Shown piece by piece: positions 9,294 to 16,694 of a stretch of DNA of 20,000 nt. The DNA is taken from IMG/VR virus record IMGVR_UViG_2667527876_000001. One strand, 5' to 3'. Position 1 is the first letter of the stretch. Every line of letters starts with the position of its first letter. The position numbers and the translations under genes were made by a program. Origin of the DNA: an uncultured virus (IMG/VR IMGVR_UViG_2667527876_000001) (lineage: Duplodnaviria; Heunggongvirae; Uroviricota; Caudoviricetes). The notes beneath the pieces were generated by a model. The model saw only the letters and a program-made list of their open reading frames with translations, did no database searches and had not been told where the DNA came from.

Positions 9294-10570
9294 GCGAGCA
9301 CTTCGCGATCGTCGGCGACGCCATCGCTCCGCAGCCCTGGATGCAGATGCGCCACCTCAAAGGCGCCGAAGTGCCTTCGGTGTCAAAGTCTTACGACACA
9401 TCAGGTGGCGGCAACAAGAACGACGCAGTCCACGCGATCGTGGTGTCCTGGACGAACAACACACCGATTCCGCAGTCGGTCTACGGCATGGTGACCCGGG
9501 AGGGCGCCCAGGTGACGCTGCAGGCACGGTCCCGCGGCTACCTGCTCACCCTCCACGGCCGCGATATCACCGCAACCGCGGCGGTGCCGACATCGTGGGA
9601 CATGGCCGAGGTCAGCAAGTTCGGTATCGGCGGCGACATCGGTAAGGGCGGAATCCTGGCTCTCGGCACCGGATTCGGGGTCAGCGAGATCCGGCAGAAC
9701 TCCGCCAGCATCCCGTTGATGCCGCACTGGACCGGCTGGAGCATCGTGGCACCCGGGCAGACGTTCCACGGCCGGGTCGAGGTGCGGTTCCGGACGGACT
9801 TTTGGGAGAACACCTCGATCGATGGCGGCGACCAAAACACCGAGTCGGGCTTCATCTCCGGCGGCACCCGACTGGATCTCTACGCCACCCCGGTCATCGG
9901 TGAGCCACCTGTCTTGTCGACCCCCACGGTTGTCGGGATAGAGCACTCGGTGAACAACACCTTCCACACCGACGTCGATGTGCCCGCGGGCACTGCCTTA
10001 GGCGACATGCTTATTGCGGTGGTATCCAACCAGTTCGGGCTCATCAGCGACATCAAGCCCGAGCAGACCGGCTGGACACAGGTCCACGCCCGCGACGGCG
10101 GCTGGGAAGACGCTCACATGAAGGTGTACGTGCGGGCCGCCAAAGCCACCGAACCGGCCTCCTACACATTCGGCAACGGCATACTGGCTGAGTCCATCGC
10201 ACACCTGATCACCGTGCGCGGCGCCAACCCGCTGCTCGATGAGGGCTGGCAGTTCGCATCATCGCTACGCAAGAGATGGTGGGAACGCTACGACGGCCAT
10301 ATCTGCCCATCGATCGACCGCGCCGGACAACTGCTGCTGTTGGTGTCCTACATCCCGCACAACGCGCTCCAAACCACACTCACGCAGACCGTGCCGGCCG
10401 GGACGACGGAACTGGAGAACGTAGACGGGAACCTGGCATGCAGCGCGGTGGCCGCACTGCCGAACCCGCCGCGGCCGACAGGGGAACGCACGTTCGTCGC
10501 GTCGGAGGAACCGTCCTGGGCCGGCCGCTCCATCACGGCATCGATCCTGGTGCCCGGCACGTTCCAGTAG
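9290..10570 (+). CDS. Putative minor tail protein, paralogue 3 with extra C-terminal domain (426 aa)
   Basis: The ATG at 9290 overlaps the upstream stop (ATGA) and is preferred over 9200. The N-terminal half shares 'WTNNTPIPQSVYGMVTR'. The C-terminal part reads 'VPAGTALGDMLIAVV...GWTQV...KVYVRAA...EPASYTF'. Confidence 0.7.
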   Translation: MSEHFAIVGDAIAPQPWMQMRHLKGAEVPSVSKSYDTSGGGNKNDAVHAIVVSWTNNTPIPQSVYGMVTREGAQVTLQARSRGYLLTLHGRDITATAAVPTSWDMAEVSKFGIGGDIGKGGILALGTGFGVSEIRQNSASIPLMPHWTGWSIVAPGQTFHGRVEVRFRTDFWENTSIDGGDQNTESGFISGGTRLDLYATPVIGEPPVLSTPTVVGIEHSVNNTFHTDVDVPAGTALGDMLIAVVSNQFGLISDIKPEQTGWTQVHARDGGWEDAHMKVYVRAAKATEPASYTFGNGILAESIAHLITVRGANPLLDEGWQFASSLRKRWWERYDGHICPSIDRAGQLLLLVSYIPHNALQTTLTQTVPAGTTELENVDGNLACSAVAALPNPPRPTGERTFVASEEPSWAGRSITASILVPGTFQ

Positions 10571-10589
10571 TTGCGCCTCGGAGGTTCAC

Positions 10590-10940
10590 ATGTACGACCC
10601 GCCAGACAGTTTCGACGACATGCTCGGTGACGCGGACCTGGCCCCGCAGACGGGCCCGTTCGTCCCGCTCGAAGTCCCCGGTGTCGGGGTCGTCAGGGCG
10701 CGCCGGCCGATGCCCAACGCCGTGCCGGTGCTGGCCATGTCGGTGAACGCCAAGATCGATGTTGTCGACAAGCAGGGCTACCTGACACTGTTCCTGCAGA
10801 ACCACCTGGAATCCGGCGAGCACGAACGCATCTTGGTCACCATGATGGGCGGCGAACTGCCGGCCGACAGCATGGGCAGGGTTGCCCGCGCGATAGCGAC
10901 ATGGGGCACTGCCCGCCCTACCTTGCCGTCATCACGCTAA
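10590..10940 (+). CDS. Tail assembly chaperone-like protein (gpG-like), 116 aa
   Basis: GGAGG RBS upstream. It ends 'GTARPTLPSSR' and overlaps a -1 frame ORF, as G/GT chaperone pairs do. Confidence 0.55.
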   Translation: MYDPPDSFDDMLGDADLAPQTGPFVPLEVPGVGVVRARRPMPNAVPVLAMSVNAKIDVVDKQGYLTLFLQNHLESGEHERILVTMMGGELPADSMGRVARAIATWGTARPTLPSSR

Positions 10941-11272
10941 GTGTGATGGCGGCTACTCACTGGCGGGCGATTCGGACCCGGATGCGGGGCGACGGTATCG
11001 CTGATCCGATGCGGCAGTTGCCGCACATGCACGCACTGATCGACGAAGCCGAGAAGGTGTGGCTGGAGGCCCTGCACACCGGCAACGAGGAAAAGGACAA
11101 GCACGAGCGCGAGCAGCTGTTGGACCGGCTGTATGCGCCGACCACAGACGGCGCCGAGACGCTGAACGGCGACGGATACCAAGCCAAACGCACGCCGCCG
11201 CCCGGGTTTGAAGATCCGGCCGAGGTCGAGGCCAACTTCGATGCGGTCGCGCGGGCTTTCGGCGGCCGGTAG
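10916..11272 (+). CDS. Tail assembly chaperone frameshift extension (gpT-like); alternative independent starts at 10901 or 10946
   Basis: The -1 frame is open across the end of the upstream ORF and has no clear RBS of its own. It reads 'PYLAVITLSVMAATHWRAIR...'. Confidence 0.5.
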   Translation, partial: PYLAVITLSVMAATHWRAIRTRMRGDGIADPMRQLPHMHALIDEAEKVWLEALHTGNEEKDKHEREQLLDRLYAPTTDGAETLNGDGYQAKRTPPPGFEDPAEVEANFDAVARAFGGR

Positions 11273-11301
11273 TTGCACGCCGCCGCCTTAGCCTGCCCGG
11301 C

Positions 11302-11715
11302 ATGGCGAAGGTGGTCCCGTATCTCGACACGTCGGCCCCGCGCGGCCAGCGCCTCGCACCAGAGATGCGCGAAGAGATCGCCGAAGCCGCGCCCTCGACC
11401 CTGAACGATGGCGCGGTCAAGACAGCGAAGCTGGCCGAAGGAGCAGTCACCGAACCGAAACTGGCTGCCGGAGCGGTTACTTCTCCCAAGATCGCGTCGA
11501 AGGGCGTCAAGGCCGTCAACATCGACGACGCTGCCGTTGGCACACCCCAGCTGGCCGCTGGTGCTGTCACCGCAGCCAAGGCCGGCGTCGGTGTTGTCAC
11601 CGCCCACGACAGCGCAGGCAACGCCATCAAGCTCGACGCAGTGCCCATGACCTCGACCGACTACACAGCGCTGACGACCAAAGAACCCAACGTCCTCTAC
11701 CTGCTGAGCGACTGA
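11302..11715 (+). CDS. Fibre-like structural protein with 10-aa GAVTxxKLA repeats, 137 aa
   Basis: Repeats GAVKTAKLAE / GAVTEPKLAA / GAVTSPKIAS / AAVGTPQLAA / GAVTAAKA. It ends 'YTALTTKEPNVLYL'. Confidence 0.65.
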   Translation: MAKVVPYLDTSAPRGQRLAPEMREEIAEAAPSTLNDGAVKTAKLAEGAVTEPKLAAGAVTSPKIASKGVKAVNIDDAAVGTPQLAAGAVTAAKAGVGVVTAHDSAGNAIKLDAVPMTSTDYTALTTKEPNVLYLLSD

Positions 11716-12413
11716 TGCCCGGTATCTACCTCGGCGGCACCGCTATCAAGGCAATGATGCTCGGCGAGAAGGCCATTACCCGGGCGTATCTCGGCGAAAC
11801 TCTGGTGTGGTCAGCGAACCGGATCCGCGACGACTTCAACCGTGCTGACGGCGATCTCGGTGTCAACTGGGTGATCAGCTCCAGCGTTGACGGTTATAAG
11901 CCCAGTGTGGTCGGCAATGTGTGCCGCCTCGGAGTGCCGGACGGGCTGCTCTCGCTGCAGCTGAACGGCGCTCACGCCCGCTACGTCGCCACGCTGGACC
12001 GCGACGACGGCTATGTGGAGTTCCGCATCGGCAGCCAGGGGTCAGGGCCGAGCCTAACCGGTGACCTGTGTAGAACCACGATCCTGGGGCGCGGGTCCAA
12101 CAATGCTGTCACCGGTGGTGTTGGGGTGCAAATGGATTCATCGACGCTGCGGATCGTGCGGAGGGCCGGGGTGGACACTGTGGTCAAGACGATCGGCACC
12201 TTCGGCGCTGGCGATGTCATCCGGCACAACTTCGTCGGGAACGTGCACACGTTCCGCCGCAACGGCAGCCTGCTCGAAGAGTGGAACGACGAGAACGCCA
12301 CCGCCCCCAAGGGAACAGGGAACCGGTCGCTGATCATCTCCGTGCAGGGTTCCAAGGATCTCTTGGGGCCACGCAGGTTTGGCCCGGCCATTGACTACGT
12401 GGAGATGGGCTGA
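11715..12413 (+). CDS. Putative minor tail / receptor-binding protein, 232 aa
   Basis: TGATG coupling. N-terminal 'IYLGG..I..MMLG...I..AYLGETLVWS' motif, then 'DDFNRADG' and a beta-rich domain. Confidence 0.6.
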   Translation: MPGIYLGGTAIKAMMLGEKAITRAYLGETLVWSANRIRDDFNRADGDLGVNWVISSSVDGYKPSVVGNVCRLGVPDGLLSLQLNGAHARYVATLDRDDGYVEFRIGSQGSGPSLTGDLCRTTILGRGSNNAVTGGVGVQMDSSTLRIVRRAGVDTVVKTIGTFGAGDVIRHNFVGNVHTFRRNGSLLEEWNDENATAPKGTGNRSLIISVQGSKDLLGPRRFGPAIDYVEMG

Positions 12414-12571
12414 TGTCGGCCCGGTCCTTCGTGCAGCTCGTCAAGTATCCGCTGTTCTACGTCGCGCTGGCCGGGTTCTCGTTCCGGATTGGTTGGTGTG
12501 CAGCCCATTACGTCAGTGACCGCATGGACAACTTTGATCCAGATATCGGTAAGGGGAAGTACGGATGGTGA
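12413..12571 (+). CDS. Small hydrophobic protein, 52 aa (not in ORF track)
   Basis: Manual translation gives MSARSFVQLVKYPLFYVALAGFSFRIGWCAAHYVSDRMDNFDPDIGKGKYGW*. It overlaps the upstream stop (TGATG) and the downstream start. Confidence 0.7.
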   Translation: MSARSFVQLVKYPLFYVALAGFSFRIGWCAAHYVSDRMDNFDPDIGKGKYGW

Positions 12572-12852
12572 TCAAGGACCGGATAGCTCAGTGGCGCGGG
12601 GAGTTGTTCGACAGCATCGGCGAACACTGCGGCGCTGTCGTGCGCGAGCTGTTGACGAAGTTCCTCAACGATTTCCGGCAGGATGTGCGTGCCGAGGTCG
12701 CCGCGCTCGCGCGTAAGGCCGACGAATCGGTGGACAAGCTCACCGACGCCATCCCCGGCACCCTCGATGACCGGCTGTTCGACGGCCGGTTCGGGCAACT
12801 GCTGCAACGTCTTGAACAGCTGGTCCCGCTCTTCGGTGGTGGCAGCCGATGA
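12565..12852 (+). CDS. Hypothetical protein preceding lysin A, about 95 aa (alternative GTG start at 12568)
   Basis: AAGGGGAAG RBS upstream. Helical product containing 'DKLTDAIPGTLDDRLFDG'. ATGA overlap with lysin A. Confidence 0.7.
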   Translation: MVIKDRIAQWRGELFDSIGEHCGAVVRELLTKFLNDFRQDVRAEVAALARKADESVDKLTDAIPGTLDDRLFDGRFGQLLQRLEQLVPLFGGGSR

Positions 12853-14387
12853 GTTTCGTATGGTTCCGGCCCGACGGCCCGCTGCGCAGCCGCGAGCAGA
12901 TCGCCTGCGAGGTGCACGCCGTGTCACTGGCACGTGGTCTTGACGAGCTTGCCACCGTTTTGGCGCTCATGTGCATCGACGTCGAGGTCGGCGCCGAAGA
13001 CGACAACGGGGAGCGGCAGTGGTGGTGCCCGTGGAACGCGGCAGACCCGCAAACCGAGCAGTTCGACCACGACTCGCAATCCGACGATGCTCTCTCGTCG
13101 GGCTATTTCCAGCAGCAGGTCTCACGTCCTGGTGCCCCAGGGCGTCCCTGGGGCTGGGGCGGCCTGTTCGGCGACCTCAATGGTGCCAGGAAACGCATGA
13201 CCCTGGCCGACTCCGCGGACATGTTCCTGGCCGCGCTGCCCGACGACTACGGGCGCGCTGCTGGAAACCCAGCCGTGGCAGGGCAAGTCGTGCAGCAGGT
13301 CCAAAAGTCGGCGTTCCCGGATCGGTATGCGCAGCGTTGGGGCGAAGCATGGTCGGTGCTGCGTCGCGCGCTGGCCGGCGGGCCCGTGGATCCGTCCGTG
13401 CCGACCACGCCGGATGTGCTGACACCGGCGCCCGGCTTCCGCGGAGACCCATACTGGCTGGCCGATGTGCTGCGTGCCGAGGGGCTGCGCGTTTTCGAGA
13501 TGGACGGCTGGAAAGACCGCGGGGAAGGCGACCAAGGCGTGCTGTGGGGCGCGGTGTTCCATCACACCGGCAACGCCAACGAGACCCCAGAAGGGATCGC
13601 ATTCCATCCGACGCTGGGGTTGGCCGCGCACCTGCTGATCCGGCCCAACGGCGATGTATGGGTCTGCGGTATCGGCAAGGCCAACCATGCCGGTGTCGGG
13701 TCGTGGCCCGGGATTCCCACCGACAACGCCAACCCGGTGACGATCGGGGTAGAGGTCGCGATCCTGCCGCAGGAGAACGCCCCACACCGGACCGGCTGGC
13801 CGCCAGTGCAATACGAGGCCACGGTCAAGGCATTCGCAGCGATCCTACGCAAGCTCGCCCAGACGGCGAAACGCGCTATCTCCCACAAGGAATGGGCGCA
13901 ACTCGGCCCCGCCGGGGTGCGGCAGGGCAAGTGGGACCCCGGCGCCATCGACATGAACATCTTCCGCACCGACGTCCAGAGACAAATCGACACCCGCACC
14001 ACAGGAGGTTTCCTTATGGCCCTGACCGACTCCGAACAGCGCGAGATCCTGGATTACGTTCGCGCGCAGAACGCGCCGATTCCGTCTACCTCGCCGCTAC
14101 GGCACCTCGGCGAAGGAAACGTGAACACCCGCGCCAACCTGGCGCGCGCCATCGACGCCAACCAGCACGTGACCGCGGTGGTCACCCTGGCCAAGGAAGG
14201 TCACACACCCTCGATCGCGCTGCTCTGGGAGGTATCCACGGCGGCCGACAACCCGGGCACGTACCCGGACCGGCAGGAAGACGCCAACCTCGCCAAGACG
14301 CTGCTGGCCAGCATCAGCAAGACCAAGAAAGCCGTCGCCGCCGAGGACATCGAAGCGTGGCTCGACGCCGAGAAGGCTGCCGCATGA
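12849..14387 (+). CDS. lysA: Lysin A (endolysin): N-terminal lysozyme-like domain, N-acetylmuramoyl-L-alanine amidase (Amidase_2) and C-terminal domain
   Basis: Amidase motifs FHHTG, AHLLI, ANHAG, IGVE, SHKEWA and KWDPG. The N-terminal domain reads 'SGYFQQQ...WG...QVQKSAFPDRY'. It lies after the tail genes. Confidence 0.9.
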   Translation: MSFVWFRPDGPLRSREQIACEVHAVSLARGLDELATVLALMCIDVEVGAEDDNGERQWWCPWNAADPQTEQFDHDSQSDDALSSGYFQQQVSRPGAPGRPWGWGGLFGDLNGARKRMTLADSADMFLAALPDDYGRAAGNPAVAGQVVQQVQKSAFPDRYAQRWGEAWSVLRRALAGGPVDPSVPTTPDVLTPAPGFRGDPYWLADVLRAEGLRVFEMDGWKDRGEGDQGVLWGAVFHHTGNANETPEGIAFHPTLGLAAHLLIRPNGDVWVCGIGKANHAGVGSWPGIPTDNANPVTIGVEVAILPQENAPHRTGWPPVQYEATVKAFAAILRKLAQTAKRAISHKEWAQLGPAGVRQGKWDPGAIDMNIFRTDVQRQIDTRTTGGFLMALTDSEQREILDYVRAQNAPIPSTSPLRHLGEGNVNTRANLARAIDANQHVTAVVTLAKEGHTPSIALLWEVSTAADNPGTYPDRQEDANLAKTLLASISKTKKAVAAEDIEAWLDAEKAAA

Positions 14388-15550
14388 ACGGCTCTGACGG
14401 GAAGTGGATCGGCTACGGGGAGGGTGATGAATCCGACGCGGTGATACCGATCGAACGCCGGCTGTTGCTCGCCTATCCGAAGAACAGCCGCGCTATCGAA
14501 CACGGCGTCATCTTGGACCGCAAGTACACCGCGGCCACCAAGGCTTCGGTCATCGACATCACCACGTTCATGAACAACGACCCCGGCGAATTGGAGCGTC
14601 TGCAGCGCATGGGGATCGCCACCCCACTGCGTAGTGATGGCGTGGCGAACCTCGACGTGCGCAAGGCCATTGGCGCCTACGTCGAAGCCCCCACCAACCC
14701 GGCGCCGTCCCTGTACCCGATCCAGGGCGTGTGGGCTGATTCGCAGGCGTTCCTGAATCCGCCGACAGCGCACAGCTTCGCCAAGGCCACCAACGATTTC
14801 CGCGACGAAGCGATGCGCCTCTACCGGCCGATGGCGGGCACACCCATCTGGCTTATCGGCTACAGCATGGGCGGGGTATCGGTGCAGAAGTTCCTGACCG
14901 CGCTCCCGCCCGAATGGCGCGAATACGTCGTCGGTGTAACCACATTCGGCGACCCGGCGATACCCGCCGAAGGCAGCCTCAATGGAAATGATCCGGGGGA
15001 GGGGATCTCCAAAACTCCTCAGCCCTCCTGGGTGTGGGATCGCTACTGGTCCTATTCGATCGACGGCGACTGGTACCCGCGTGCCCGCGGCCTGCTGTTC
15101 CTGTTGTACGAGCTGCTGACTCGCGCAGAGCTGACCTTGGATTTCGCCAGCTATCTGTTCACCGTGTTCCCGCGACAGGCGTTCCAGCAGCTACTCGGGA
15201 CCGCGCCGAGCGACGACCCACTGTATGGAGTGTTGAAGGGCCTGGCCGGACTAATGACGTCGGGGCCTGCGAATGTGTTTGGCGCGCTGCTCAATCCGCT
15301 GCAACTGTTCGCGATCCTGCCCGACCTGGTGCGCCTGCTATTCGATGCCATCAAGTTCATCGCCACCGGCGCACACGGCAAGTACGGGGACCCGGCCTAT
15401 GCGCTGTGGGATGGCATGACAGCGGTCGACCACGCAGTGAAGACCATCCGACAGCAAGCGCCGGAAGGCTGCACACTGTTCCTGCTGCCGGGTACATGGG
15501 ACGTATGGAACCACGGATTCCAGTTCGATGTTGCGGCTCAGCTCCAGTAG
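14384..15550 (+). CDS. lysB: Lysin B (cutinase-like mycolylarabinogalactan esterase), 388 aa
   Basis: ATGA overlap with the lysA stop. It has the GYSMG nucleophile elbow, TFGDP, DGDWY (Asp) and AHGKY (His). The N-terminus resembles a peptidoglycan-binding domain. Confidence 0.85.
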   Translation: MNGSDGKWIGYGEGDESDAVIPIERRLLLAYPKNSRAIEHGVILDRKYTAATKASVIDITTFMNNDPGELERLQRMGIATPLRSDGVANLDVRKAIGAYVEAPTNPAPSLYPIQGVWADSQAFLNPPTAHSFAKATNDFRDEAMRLYRPMAGTPIWLIGYSMGGVSVQKFLTALPPEWREYVVGVTTFGDPAIPAEGSLNGNDPGEGISKTPQPSWVWDRYWSYSIDGDWYPRARGLLFLLYELLTRAELTLDFASYLFTVFPRQAFQQLLGTAPSDDPLYGVLKGLAGLMTSGPANVFGALLNPLQLFAILPDLVRLLFDAIKFIATGAHGKYGDPAYALWDGMTAVDHAVKTIRQQAPEGCTLFLLPGTWDVWNHGFQFDVAAQLQ

Positions 15551-15580
15551 TGCCACGGCTCCGCACGAGCGGAGCAGGCA
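15551..15580. terminator. GC-rich hairpin between convergent genes
   Basis: GCTCCGC-acga-GCGGAGC at 15558-15575, flanked by TGCC/GGCA, immediately after the lysB stop. There is no U-tract. Confidence 0.5.
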
Positions 15581-15629
15581 GGGCCTTCGCTCGCTGTCAG
15601 CCCGACTGCCGAACCCCCGCCCCCGACTC

Positions 15630-15788
15630 CTAGTTCATATGGTGGAGCTTGAACTCGATATCCGCGACTGCTTCTGCCAGCTTCTCGATCGCCTCAGCCA
15701 TATAGCGCTCGTATTGGTTGTCGGCCGCCACCTTCGCCGAGGCCGCCAATTGTTGGGCGGTCTTGGCGTTGTTGCGTGAGGTAGCCAT
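15630..15788 (-). CDS. Small helical protein, 52 aa
   Basis: AGGAGAATC-ATG at 15788 on the minus strand. Product MATSRNNAKTAQQLAASAKVAADNQYERYMAEAIEKLAEAVADIEFKLHHMN. Confidence 0.7.
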   Translation of the reverse strand: MATSRNNAKTAQQLAASAKVAADNQYERYMAEAIEKLAEAVADIEFKLHHMN

Positions 15789-15807
15789 GATTCTCCTAAT
15801 CGGGGGT

Positions 15808-16113
15808 CTAGGGGTAGATGTGGTACTGCGGCTGCCCGAGCGGAGTCGGGGGAAATTCGTTCGGATCGACGGGGTAGCAGCGGCCCGTCGACGGCACCCA
15901 GCCGCTGACCTGACCGTACTGACCGAACGTCGCCTGGGGTGCGGACGTGAAGCAGCGATCCCATGTCCCGTCGGCCTTGATCGGGCCATCACAGTACTGC
16001 GCAAACGGTCCTGCTTCGCAGCCCGCGCTGGCCGGCGCGGCGAACCCGATGCCGATGCTGGCGGGTATGACAGCGGCAGAGACCGCTAGGCAGATGCGCC
16101 TGAACTTGGACAC
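15808..16113 (-). CDS. Secreted CDGP-motif protein, 101 aa
   Basis: GAGGGGGAG RBS and a signal peptide ending 'AAPASA'. Contains 'YCDGPIKADGTWDRCF' and 4 Cys in the mature part. Confidence 0.8.
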   Translation of the reverse strand: MSKFRRICLAVSAAVIPASIGIGFAAPASAGCEAGPFAQYCDGPIKADGTWDRCFTSAPQATFGQYGQVSGWVPSTGRCYPVDPNEFPPTPLGQPQYHIYP

Positions 16114-16322
16114 GGTTCGGCTCCCCCTCGTTTGTAGTTGAGCGGCAGATTACAAGATCCCGTGCAGGTCAGGAGTGGTAACGCGTGTCTCCATGGTTCT
16201 GGGGGCGCACTGCGGTGGGCAGTGGTCGACCAAGATCTACTGCGAAGGGCCCTGCCAGGGCTTGTTCCCTGGCCTACGATTGCCGCAACCGCCAGCCGCG
16301 TGCGGTCGTGAATGGAGGGGAC

Positions 16323-16694
16323 ATGGGCATCGAGAATCTGATCAACAGCGCGAACGCTGGTCAGCTGGCTTTGCATATAGATGATGAGGCGTTCAACGAG
16401 CTGATCAAGGCCTGCGATACCTACATCGATTCATTGCGGGAACTGCATGACGACGCTACGAATCTGAGTTATCACCCGCTGGGGTTCTCGGAAGATCACC
16501 TGTCGTCGGGCGCGCAGCTGGCGAAGAAGTTCCAAGATAAGGCCGGCGCTCCGGACAACAGCGCTGCGGCGACGTTCAAATCGCACATTGAGCGTGTTGA
16601 GGAATTCAAATCGCTGTTCGTGGCCGCCCGGAAGGCGTACCAGCAGACCGAGGAGCACAACACGCGGGCTTTCAAGCCAGGCGATGGCCACTAG
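16323..16694 (+). CDS. ESX/type VII substrate-like helical protein (PE/WXG100-like), 123 aa
   Basis: GGAGGGG RBS before the ATG at 16323. Helix-turn-helix pattern with a central 'LGF' and a C-terminal YxxxE motif (YQQTE). Confidence 0.65.
   Translation: MGIENLINSANAGQLALHIDDEAFNELIKACDTYIDSLRELHDDATNLSYHPLGFSEDHLSSGAQLAKKFQDKAGAPDNSAAATFKSHIERVEEFKSLFVAARKAYQQTEEHNTRAFKPGDGH

Noticed and set aside
93..11648. Numerous long antisense and alternate-frame ORFs over the tail genes
   Set aside because: These are shadow ORFs of high-GC coding sequence with no RBS or recognisable motifs, and they conflict with a tightly coupled + strand operon.
12971..14383. 859-aa ORF extending lysin B about 1.4 kb upstream over lysA (possible overprinting or LysA-LysB fusion)
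   Set aside because: The extension is Arg/Gly/Pro-rich off-frame translation, expected for high-GC3 genes. The ATGA coupling at 14384 marks the real start, and no slippery site was noticed.
16185..16683. Longer upstream starts given in the ORF track (16185, 16588; likewise 9200, 17187, 18835)
   Set aside because: Downstream ATGs have clear RBSs or stop/start overlaps and place signal peptides at the N-terminus.
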